Part shown: one piece after another, positions 11,101 through 20,284 of the stretch
Layout of the letters: each line of letters starts with the position of its first letter
How positions within the stretch are numbered: position 1 is the stretch's first letter
Origin: Mantamonas sphyraenae STR306
Taxonomy: Eukaryota > Protista > CRuMs
Reading direction: 5' to 3'
Assembly (NCBI GenBank): GCA_026936335.1
Contig: JAPMXV010000069.1
Location: 256,213 to 320,212 of the forward strand
DNA: 64,000 nt
The notes under the pieces: generated by a model
Database searches by the model: none
The model's input: only the letters and a program-made list of their open reading frames with translations
Told to the model about the DNA's origin: nothing
Program-made: the position numbers and the translations under genes

Positions 11101-14100
11101 GTCCATCTCTGTCATGAGCAGATGGAGGAGGGCGTAGTTGGGCTCGCCGTAGTCGTGTGGCTCCTCCAGCCAGCACACCTTCAACCCAGCCCATGTCTCA
11201 CCCACAGCCAGCCCAGCGTTGTTGACGGCTTTGCTGCACGCCTGCTGATCCATATCACGGCCGAGAAGAGTGAGACACAAGGCCATGTCGCCCTGGGAGA
11301 GGGGCCTGTTGCCCAGAACAAGCAGGATCTGTCGGACCAACGTGTTCAGGGTGCCATGGCAGACCACAACACGCGCCTGCAGGGTCATATCGTCGGCCAT
11401 GTCGTCCCAGGGGTGCTCGAGTGCCAGAGTGTGCATGTGGTTCAGCAGTACCGTGTGCTCCCCCTTGCTGCTATGGCCACGGTGGTTTCCCTTCAACCAT
11501 CCTTCGTGTAGAACGCCAATTGGCAGACTCGCTCCCAGCGCCACGCTCGTCTTCGGTTCCATCGTGGTACCACTGGGTTCGGGCAGATCAAGGTCGGGGA
11601 AGAAAACGTTGGTCACCGTGTTCCTCGTGGTGGGGCGGGTGTCCATCTTGACGTGGCGTGTGATCCGATCGATGAGGATGTGGAGGAGGGTGTGCAGTTG
11701 TTTGACCTCGACACCTCGCTCGCCTTGGAACAGGACGATCCTGAGGTGCGTCACCGTACAGCGGATCGTGGAGCTTGCAGAGGCCGCGAACAAAACCTTC
11801 TCACAGTTGAGATCCGGCCGAACAGCGCGCACAAACAAGGCCAGGTCGACAGGCGGCACGCCAACGTTGCCCAGCGCCAGGAGGATGTGTCGTACAAGGG
11901 ACATCGGATCGCCGTTGTAGATCAGCTCACGCAGTGCATGGTACTCGTGTACGTGCTGATCCCGAGGGTAATCTGCTGCGCGTGCCTCCATGTATCTCAG
12001 CAGCGTCTGGAACTCTCGCGCCGTGCAGCTGCCACGCGCCGTGCAGCTGCAGCGTGTTTCTTTGTCAATAGCTGTCCCGCACGCATGCACAGGCGCAGGA
12101 TCCCAGACTTCCAAATCCGTCGCATGTTGATCGTAGTCGCATTGTGTCCAGTGTGGGTCGCTGACGCTGTCGGCAGGGAGTCGTGCTTCCAGCTGCACCT
12201 GCATTTCCTCCAGCTCCTCCCATGTGGTGGGATGGGGCCTGTCGCCGAGAGTGTCCATCTCTGTCTTGAGCAGGTTGAGAAGAGCGCCGCTATCCTGCTC
12301 GTTCCATCTGCCTTTGCCTGCCTGTACGATGTCCTTCTCCATCTCCTTCTTGCACTGTGCCCATGACACCATTCGACCGAGTAGCGCCAGGCATACGCAG
12401 GCGTCGGCGACGGTCACTTCTTGCAGGACCCCTCGGATCATCGCAATGATCTCTTCAACAGAACCGTGGCACGCGATGGCACGAACTGTGAGGTCTTTCT
12501 CACCATTGTCTTGCTGTGGCTGTGTGAACCTCTCGATTACTGAAAGCTCAAACTTTGGCGGTTCGATGTCGAGGGTTGCGACGAGTGCGGAGGTGATGGG
12601 GCGGGTGCTGATATGAGGTGTGATGCGGTCGATGAGTGTGTGGAGGAGGGTGACCAGGAGGTCCGGTGTGGCCTCGCTGCGTTTGCTGCGTTTGCTGCGT
12701 TCCTTGTCAGTCATCTTGGGGTAGACAACCTTGAGGGAGAGAGAAGTGAGGCCGCGAGTGAGATTCGAACCAGTGGCGCTGATGGCATTTTTCATCTGCG
12801 TGTAGGTGACGCGTGGCCTGAGGAGGCGGACAAAGAAAAACAGGTCGACAGGCGGCACGCCCACGTTGCCCATCGCCAGGATGATGTGCCGCAGCAGGGA
12901 GATCAGGCTGTCTTTTTCGATCATCTTACGCAGTGCATCGTCCGTGTGGGCGTGCTGATGGCGAGGGTGCTTGGCTGCGCGTGTCTTCATGTGTGCCAGC
13001 AGCGTCTGGAACTCCTGCGCCGTGCAGCTGCCACGATCCCGTTTGCTCTCGCCTCTGCTAACAGGAGCCACAACGAGAGGATTCCACTTGTCAATCTTGG
13101 TGGTAGGAAGGTGGTGGTCGTACTCGCATTGTGTCCAGTGTGGGTCGCTGTCGTTGTCAGCAGGGCGTCGTGCTTCCTGCAGCCACTGCGGGGCCTGCTC
13201 GATCGTTTGACAGGTGATGAGACCAATAAGGTCGCCGATGGTATTCATCTCCTCTACGACCAGGTGGAGGAGGGCGTAGTTGGGGGCGTGGTTGTTGCTG
13301 TTGTCCCGTTTCTTCCACGTAAACGTCTCAACGCCATCCTTATTCTCTCTTTTCACGTTCCCGTCCAGCCTGATGGCGTTGAGAATGTTGTTCCCTTGGT
13401 CACATTTGCCGAGAAGGAGCAACAGGAGCAACAAATCGTCTCTGTACACGGCCAAGTCGCCGAGCGCGTACAGCAGGCTGTCCACGACTCCACAGACACT
13501 TGGGGAAACGACCAACAGCCGAGCACACATACGGTCCTCCTCGGAAACCTCGTGGTTGTCAACCACCTCTTTGAGCCGCTCCTGCAGCTCTGTGTGGTGC
13601 TCAGCTGTCGCGTTCACGTGCCCACGCTTCTTTCCACGCGCGGCGGCTCCTCCACAGGTGTCTTTCCCTTCCTCCTGCATGCTCGTATCATCACACACCA
13701 TGTTGTCTGCCATGTCGTCCCCTTGCTCATCGAGTAACGCATGCACTGCCTTTGTGGACGAGTTCGCCTCAGCTGTGTCCTCCTTTGCACCCTGATCCCA
13801 CAACGCTATATGCATGTCTGTTGACTCCGTTTGCATGTACGGTGACGTCTGCCACCCCTGTGCTGTGCCTTCGCCGGCTTTTTCAGGCGAAGAGACAAAC
13901 GAGTGATCACACACGCTGTTCTCTCCAGCACCCGCTCCAGCACACGCGTCAACCCGTTGCTTGCCTTTGCACGACGCGGACGACCCTGATGGCTGTTGCG
14001 AGGCTGTAGACGAGACCCCGCGCGGCGAGTGCGCGGCCGCTGACGGATGTGCTTGCTGTGAGGCGGCAACGAATGATGTGATTGACAGTTGCTTTCGCTT

Positions 14101-14364
14101 GGGTGTTTTTTGCGCCGCTGCTCGACGCTTGGACGCCAGGGAGCGTGTCTCACCGCTTCCTGTGTGTGGTTTCGGCGTTTTGCCGTCGGCGTCTATGTCC
14201 ATGGATGGGCGCCAGGTGCGATTTAGATGGGCTAGCCCTCGCAGGCGGTTCAAACCTCCAGCAAGAGGATCCAGTTCCCACTCTTGGCCTCCAAACGACC
14301 CGCACACACGCCCCTTACCCGTCGAACGAGGTGCAGAGTACAAAGCGCCGTGCAGGTCGTCCAT
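7960..14364 (-). CDS. 2134-aa protein: four ~330-385 aa repeats, C-terminal FEN1/XPG-like PIN nuclease domain, acidic/basic 19-aa tail repeats
   Basis: Long open ORF. Repeats contain HWTQCDYD...CTAREFQTLL...LALGNVGVPPVDL. Nuclease-like motifs WLVDCG (~9320), SEADTQI (~8960), IVAQDSDAL (~8885) and LCGYTD (~8755). Tail (VEKRQRVEEEEEGEREVGG)n. Confidence 0.8.
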   Translation of the reverse strand: MDDLHGALYSAPRSTGKGRVCGSFGGQEWELDPLAGGLNRLRGLAHLNRTWRPSMDIDADGKTPKPHTGSGETRSLASKRRAAAQKTPKRKQLSITSFVAASQQAHPSAAAHSPRGVSSTASQQPSGSSASCKGKQRVDACAGAGAGENSVCDHSFVSSPEKAGEGTAQGWQTSPYMQTESTDMHIALWDQGAKEDTAEANSSTKAVHALLDEQGDDMADNMVCDDTSMQEEGKDTCGGAAARGKKRGHVNATAEHHTELQERLKEVVDNHEVSEEDRMCARLLVVSPSVCGVVDSLLYALGDLAVYRDDLLLLLLLLGKCDQGNNILNAIRLDGNVKRENKDGVETFTWKKRDNSNNHAPNYALLHLVVEEMNTIGDLIGLITCQTIEQAPQWLQEARRPADNDSDPHWTQCEYDHHLPTTKIDKWNPLVVAPVSRGESKRDRGSCTAQEFQTLLAHMKTRAAKHPRHQHAHTDDALRKMIEKDSLISLLRHIILAMGNVGVPPVDLFFFVRLLRPRVTYTQMKNAISATGSNLTRGLTSLSLKVVYPKMTDKERSKRSKRSEATPDLLVTLLHTLIDRITPHISTRPITSALVATLDIEPPKFELSVIERFTQPQQDNGEKDLTVRAIACHGSVEEIIAMIRGVLQEVTVADACVCLALLGRMVSWAQCKKEMEKDIVQAGKGRWNEQDSGALLNLLKTEMDTLGDRPHPTTWEELEEMQVQLEARLPADSVSDPHWTQCDYDQHATDLEVWDPAPVHACGTAIDKETRCSCTARGSCTAREFQTLLRYMEARAADYPRDQHVHEYHALRELIYNGDPMSLVRHILLALGNVGVPPVDLALFVRAVRPDLNCEKVLFAASASSTIRCTVTHLRIVLFQGERGVEVKQLHTLLHILIDRITRHVKMDTRPTTRNTVTNVFFPDLDLPEPSGTTMEPKTSVALGASLPIGVLHEGWLKGNHRGHSSKGEHTVLLNHMHTLALEHPWDDMADDMTLQARVVVCHGTLNTLVRQILLVLGNRPLSQGDMALCLTLLGRDMDQQACSKAVNNAGLAVGETWAGLKVCWLEEPHDYGEPNYALLHLLMTEMDTLGDRRHPTTWEEHKQTQLWLQEARRPADNDSDPHWTQCDYDRHLAINEMETWDPRAESWTWSKGISDERDSCTAREFQMLLAYLRALTEESPLPSDHGELANAHHKLCVLANGKLVDLMRHILSALDNVGVPPTDLAFFVRLFMPSVTADSVRNNLNAHNVFAGVVTLFSLKMARLKQITKLDTDLLSMLRHTLLDQLNKYGERPRSIKDVSEFDIAVDFQDPKETTKGRVRKPLFPNETPPDGIEFGWSQGLTAGAWGEDDVDDQGCTQGYLEELAQEHSSLKDNELKLKAMLVVCHGSLHTLVGEIVLAFSRNGLMCQHDVWMVCTQLGRVCEQSEVSQTITHHPALRYGVKMDTKVCWWSAAVERKADYALVHLALDTREWKDVEYDCDVGKSAWAKVREGGSSANVKRNCCTALEFEALVDHIRHRCGERERGMTSSAENALRQVLHSGGLRLLLYSLMGALGKVGVPGVELALFVRLLRPSSFTPQIRAAISRTLRCGVTELGLKVAFLTEDAQGHSDLLFVLLERLNNLGDRPTTYAEVDELQLAAIEQPTVEAVVKLRHNHKAKLLNIARQMSSKSKAQEVRPTMWLVDCGCATFLSLAHVNGQRSVEDIVHTLQVKLARRLAFPQVGTVYHFTEKYPNADCVLTACGGGGYKIRSCFVDIMQKTSTGCVDLLRLDRSVRYRLCVAALHRIGKTVLFPIGSERASEADTQIVDFIATLRGTTELGIVAQDSDALTAAAAAGMELCLLFRSVLRDEEVVLTSDQQKWLLDYSLCGYTDVPRPCRDEEEGRVRESARWETLQIDSPPDTDYVNENKRNRHCDGYTGTRDVLDVVTDEYVNREVEAVKETVAAFNGASMEVRKAAVVFTLEQYECDSQVRLVHLREHLVREGLCFSSDYGRVPAELDGVTLLLAVAAVMESLGMRMATSVANAATTKCNQAYTDGIYGRLELVHPFFLINHVLEQMNEEEGEMDGVEKREREEEEEEGEREVGGVEKRQRVEEEEEGEREVGGVEKRQRVEEEEEGEREVGGVEKRQRVEE

Positions 14365-17300
14365 GTCGGTTGTGGGTTGCTGGAGAGGGTGTGCGGGGGT
14401 GTGGGGCGATAGGAGATCGGCTGGGGAAGGAGTCGGGTGCGGCAGGGGGGGGGGGGATTACCATTGCGTTTGTTTCGTGGTGGGTGGTGGGGTCGATGTG
14501 GGGTGTGGGTTGGTACAGAGGGTGTGCTGGGAGTGTGGGGCGACGGGGTGGTCGGCCGGTTGGAGATCGGCGGGCGGATGAGTCGGGCGCCAGGCAAGGT
14601 CACCACTGCGTTTGTTTCGTGGTGGGTGGTGGGGTCGATGTGGGGTGTGGGTTGGTACAGAGGGTGTGCTGGGAGTGTGGGGCGACGAGGTGGTCGGCCG
14701 GTTGGAGATCGGGGGGGGGATGAGTCGGGCGCCGGGCGAGGTTGCCACTGCGTTTGTTTCGTGGTGGGTGGTGGGGTCGATGTGGGTTGTGGGTTGGTAC
14801 AGAGGGTGTGCGGGGGGTGTGGGGCGACGGGGTGGTCGGCCGGTTGGAGATCGGCGGGCGGATGAGTCGGGCGCCGGGCGAGGTTGCCACTGCGTTTGTT
14901 TCGTGGTGGGTGGTGGGGTCGATGTGGGTTGTGGGTTGCTGGGGAGGGTGTGCGGGGGGGTGTGGGGCGACGAGGTGGTCGGCCGGTTGGAGATCGGCAG
15001 GCGGATGAGTCGGGCGCCGGGCGAGGTTGCCACTGCGTTTGTTTCGTGGTGGGTGGTGGGGTCGATGTGGGTTGTGGGTTGGTACAGAGGGTGTGCTGGG
15101 AGTGTGGGGCGACGAGGTGGTCGGCCGGTTGGAGATCGGCAGGCGGATGAGTCGGGCGCCGGGCGAGGTCACCACTGCGTTTGTTTCGTGGTGGGTGGTG
15201 TGTTCCATGTCGGTTGTGGGTTGCTGGGGAGGGTGTGCGGGGGGGTGTGGGGCGACGAGGTGGTCGGCCGGTTGGAGATCGGCGGGCGGATGAGTCGGGC
15301 GCCGGGCAAGGTTGCCACTGCGTTTGTTTCGTGGTGGGTGGTGGGGTCGATGTGGGGTGTGGGTTGGTACAGAGGGTGTGCTGGGAGTGTGGGGCGACGG
15401 GGTGGTCGGCCGGTTGGAGATCGGCGGGCGGATGAGTCGGGCGCCAGGCGAGGTCGCCATTGCAGTTGTTTCGTGGTGGGTGGTGGGGTCGATGTGGGGT
15501 GTGGGTTGGTACAGAGGGTGTGCTGGGAGTGTGGGGCGACGAGGTGGTCGGCCGGTTGGAGATCGGCGGGCGGATGAGTCGGGCGCCAGGCGAGGTCGCC
15601 ATTGCAGTTGTTTCGTGGTGGGTGGTGGGGTCGATGTGGGGTGTGGGTTGGTACAGAGGGTGTGCTGGGAGTGTGGGGCGACGAGGTGGTCGGCCGGTTG
15701 GAGATCGGCGGGCGGATGAGTCGGGCGCCGGGCAAGGTCGCCATTGCAGTTGTTTCGTGGTGGGTGGTGGGGTCGATGTGGGGTGTGGGTTGGTACAGAG
15801 GGTGTGCTGGGAGTGTGGGGCGACGGGGTGGTCGGCCGGTTGGAGATCGGCGGGCGGATGAGTCGGGCGCCAGGCGAGGTCGCCATTGCAGTTGTTTCGT
15901 GTTGGGTGGTGGGGTCGATGTGGGGTGTGGGTTGGTACAGAGGGTGTGCTGGGAGTGTGGGGCGACGAGGTGGTCGGCCGGTTGGAGATCGGCAGGCGGA
16001 TGAGTCGGGCGCCGGGCAAGGTTGCCACTGCGTTTGTTTCGTGGTGGGTGGTGTGGTCGATGTGGGGTGTGGGTTGGTACAGAGGGTGTGCTGGGAGTGT
16101 GGGGCGACGGGGTGGTCGGCCGGTTGGAGATCGGCAGGCGGATGAGTCGGGCGCCGGGCAAGGTTGCCACTGCGTTTGTTTCGTGGTGGGTGGTGGGGTC
16201 GATGTTGGGTGTGGGTTGGTACAGAGGGTGTGCTGGGAGTGTGGGGCGACGGGGTGGTCGGCCGGTTGGAGATCGGCGGGCGGATGAGTCGGGCGCCGGG
16301 CAAGGTCACCACTGCAGTTGTTTCGTGGTGGGTGGTGGGGTCGATGTGGGGTGTGGGTTGGTACAGAGGGTGTGCTGGGAGTGTGGGGCGACGGGGTGGT
16401 CGGCCGGTTGGAGATCGGCGGGCGGATGAGTCGGGCGCCAGGCGAGGTCGCCATTGCAGTTGTTTCGTGGTGGGTGGTGGGGTCGATGTGGGGTGTGGGT
16501 TGGTACAGAGGGTGTGCTGGGAGTGTGGGGCGACGAGGTGGTCGGCCGGTTGGAGATCGGCGGGCGGATGAGTCGGGCGCCAGGCGAGGTCGCCATTGCA
16601 GTTGTTTCGTGGTGGGTGGTGGGGTCGATGTGGGGTGTGGGTTGGTACAGAGGGTGTGCTGGGAGTGTGGGGCGACGAGGTGGTCGGCCGGTTGGAGATC
16701 GGCGGGCGGATGAGTCGGGCGCCGGGCAAGGTCGCCATTGCAGTTGTTTCGTGGTGGGTGGTGGGGTCGATGTGGGGTGTGGGTTGGTACAGAGGGTGTG
16801 CTGGGAGTGTGGGGCGACGAGGTGGTCGGCCGGTTGGAGATCGGCAGGCGGATGAGTCGGGCGCCGGGCAAGGTTGCCACTGCGTTTGTTTCGTGGTGGG
16901 TGGTGTGGTCGATGTGGGGTGTGGGTTGGTACAGAGGGTGTGCTGGGAGTGTGGGGCGACGGGGTGGTCGGCCGGTTGGAGATCGGCAGGCGGATGAGTC
17001 GGGCGCCGGGCAAGGTTGCCACTGCGTTTGTTTCGTGGTGGGTGGTGGGGTCGATGTTGGGTGTGGGTTGGTACAGAGGGTGTGCTGGGAGTGTGGGGCG
17101 ACGGGGTGGTCGGCCGGTTGGAGATCGGCGGGCGGATGAGTCGGGCGCCGGGCAAGGTCACCACTGCGTTTGTTTCGTGGTGGGTGGTGGGGTCGATGTG
17201 GGGTGTGGGTTGGTACAGAGGGTGTGCTGGGAGTGTGGGGCGACGAGGTGGTCGGCCGGTTGGAGATCGGCAGGCGGATGAGTCGGGCGCCGGGCGAGGT

Positions 17301-18206
17301 CGCCATTGCGTTTGTTTCGTGGTGGGTGGTGGGGTCGATGTTGGGTGTGGGTTGGTACAGAGGGTGTGCGGGGGGTGTGGGGCGACGGGGTGGTCGGCCG
17401 GTCGGAGATCGGCAGGCGGATGAGTCGGGCGCCGGGCAAGGTCGCCATTGCAGTTGTTTCGTGGTGGGTGGTGGGGTCGATGTGGGGTGTGGGTTGGTAC
17501 AGAGGGTGTGCTGGGAGTGTGGGGCGACGGGGTGGTCGGCCGGTTGGAGATCGGCGGGCGGATGAGTCGGGCGCCAGGCGAGGTCGCCATTGCAGTTGTT
17601 TCGTGTTGGGTGGTGGGGTCGATGTGGGGTGTGGGTTGGTACAGAGGGTGTGCTGGGAGTGTGGGGCGACGAGGTGGTCGGCCGGTTGGAGATCGGCAGG
17701 CGGATGAGTCGGGCGCCGGGCAAGGTTGCCACTGCGTTTGTTTCGTGGTGGGTGGTGTGGTCGATGTGGGGTGTGGGTTGGTACAGAGGGTGTGCTGGGA
17801 GTGTGGGGCGACGGGGTGGTCGGCCGGTTGGAGATCGGCAGGCGGATGAGTCGGGCGCCGGGCAAGGTTGCCACTGCGTTTGTTTCGTGGTGGGTGGTGG
17901 GGTCGATGTTGGGTGTGGGTTGGTACAGAGGGTGTGCTGGGAGTGTGGGGCGACGGGGTGGTCGGCCGGTTGGAGATCGGCGGGCGGATGAGTCGGGCGC
18001 CGGGCAAGGTCACCACTGCGTTTGTTTCGTGGTGGGTGGTGGGGTCGATGTGGGGTGTGGGTTGGTACAGAGGGTGTGCTGGGAGTGTGGGGCGACGGGG
18101 TGGTCGGCCGGTTGGAGATCGGCAGGCGGATGAGTCCGGCGCCGGGCAAGGTCGCCACTGCGATTGTTTCGTCGCGTGAGGTGGTGGGGTCGATGTCGGT
18201 TGTGGG
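14365..18206. repeat. 142-bp tandem satellite, array B (~27 units) with 852-bp higher-order period
   Basis: Same unit as array A. Diagnostic variants recur at 852-bp spacing, e.g. GTGTGGTCGATG at ~16050/16900/17755 and GATGTTGGG at ~16201/17053/17905. Confidence 0.95.
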
Positions 18207-18274
18207 GTAATCAGGATGGTGTCAATGCACACCTTTCGCACCCCCTACCTACCCGTTGCTGTTGCACCAACTTT

Positions 18275-18507
18275 AAAAAAGGTTTGTGCTACTCATGGTT
18301 ATGATGTGTCATCCTTGTGCAGGGACCATGCTGTGGGTTCAGTGCGTTTTGCGTTCCCGTGTGAGTTTCAGCGGCGAACACACTTCACAGCACATCCTAT
18401 CATCACATTCACATCCTATCCATCACATTCACATCCTATCTACGAACCTAATCTTCTCGTTTTGATTAAGTTTCGATGTGATCTAATGACCCGAAGGACA
18501 TTAGATC
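18275..18507 (-). ncRNA. U6: U6 snRNA gene, copy 2 (variant or pseudogene: ACAGAGA reads ACGAGA), intron 18331-18447
   Basis: Exon 2 and intron match copy 1; exon 1 is 4 nt shorter, including one A of the ACAGAGA box; T6 terminator. Confidence 0.85.
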
Positions 18508-19149
18508 GCTGCTTGTGTGTGTGAGTTCGGGCCAATCCGGATCGGAAATGCGCATCTCGACAACTTGCGAACCGGCCCCGCCTCCGCGCCCTGCCCTTCT
18601 CCTGTGCTCTCCACCACCCCCCACTCCCACTCCACACGCATGCAGTCTACCTGCCTCACGCCTCCCATTTCCCTCTCACCACACACACACACACACTCTC
18701 TCTCTCTGACACGCCCTTTCCTCCCTTTCTCCCCGGGCCTAGCCCGCCCACACACCCGTCCTTTCACTCTCCCGCTTTCACCAACAACATCCCTCACCCC
18801 GCACAACACTCCACCACTCCCACCCACTCCCCTCCCTCTCTCCTTCCCCACCCCCCCCCCCCCCACTTCACCTCCCCGCCAACCTTCCGTCTCCTCCCGG
18901 CCTTCTCCGCCCCCTTCTCACCCTCACCCACCACACACAACGCACCTCCCTTCCACACGTTTTCCTCACCCAGTACCTACATTGTCTCTGTTTCCTCTCT
19001 TGCCACCGCCATCAGTTGTCTTGGCTCCTGGATCGCCGCAATCCGCCCCTTCGCCACTGCATGCACCCGCCGTCCACCACTGCATCCACAACAGGTTCTC
19101 AGGTCCTCATTCTGCAGGTGATCTTTCATTTCCGGTCGCGCTTCTGCAA

Positions 19150-19238
19150 TCACTCCTCCACACGCTGCCGCTTCTCCACCCCACCCACCTCTCTCTCTCC
19201 TTCCTCCTCCTCCTCCACACGCTGCCGCTTCTCCACCC
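19150..19238 (-). pseudogene. Truncated 3' remnant of the large repeat/nuclease gene (VEKRQRVEE tail only)
   Basis: Identical to ~7960-8050; homology ends abruptly at ~19238. Confidence 0.75.
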
Positions 19239-20284
19239 CCAAGGGCAACAGCGACCACGGCAGCAGAGGTTGTTCGTTGACACCACCTTGACGAGGTGGC
19301 ACTGGAGGTTGTAGCCACCAAAGCGGTGAGTGTGGTTGGTTGCGGGACGTCATGGGAGATACGGAGAGAAGGGTGGTGGGGACTCTCGAGGCTGGCGCAG
19401 TAGGGGGTGTGAAGCGTGGAATGTCAACAAAGGGGACGGGTGGTGGGAAGCACGGGGCGTTGCTGGTCGAGGATCCGTGTGTGAGCTTGTGTGAGGTGTG
19501 GGATGGAGAACAACCCAACAGGGGCTTGTGGGCCAACGCGGAGAGAGGAGGAGATCGCAGGCCAAACCGTCGTCGTCGTCACCCAGGTGGCACTGGGGTC
19601 AAAGATGGGAACAGAAGTGAAAGGTAGGAGAGTCGAAAAGGTCGACCAATGGTGAGTTGGGGAGACAGGGCATGGTCGAGGGCTGGCCGCTGCAAGTGCT
19701 CACAGGTGTCATTGGTATGGCTACGAAGGATCGTTGTGCCCTGTCACGGTGGACAACTGTCGCTCGACCGGTTGTGTGTGTGTTGTGACGGCGTACGCGG
19801 ACGTGTGTTCCGTGTGTTCGGGCCCTTCATCACACCGTCGCACGATGTCCATGCGAGATCCCAGTACCATGAGTGCCCTGGCCATGTGGGATGGACATAG
19901 GTTGCGGAGGCGTTTAGATGAGCCGCAGCAGCCTCTGGGGTGGGTGCGCCTGTCAAAGCACGACAAACACAACTGACGCACCGACGGACAAAGTGGGTTG
20001 ATGCCATAGTGGATGTCTCGCTTTGGCGATGGTGGTTGGTGGGTGGGCGGGTGGTGGGGTGGGGGGGGGGTGCGCCATCAACCAGCTTCTTCCGTGTTTG
20101 CAGAAGGAAGGAGAGCGGTGTGCCCAACAGCCTGGTCACGGGAACGTCGTGCCCCCCCCCCCCTCTCCCTCGCTGGCATCAGGTAGTCCGCAAACAATGG
20201 GACGTCGGAGCTTGGAGGGCAGGGGTGGGCCTGGCACGCGCCGCAGCATCCAACGCATCTAACAACCAACACATCCTCACAGAG

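Noticed and set aside
7960-14364. Telomere-associated retrotransposon or DNA transposon
   Set aside because: No recognisable reverse transcriptase, integrase/transposase, helicase, terminal inverted repeats or target-site duplication.
14250-18241. 1302-aa and 1213-aa P/H/T-rich ORFs, plus similar ORFs over 5165-6972
   Set aside because: Artefacts of a nearly stop-free 142-bp satellite cycling through all three frames; the 1302-aa ORF is not in frame with the downstream gene.
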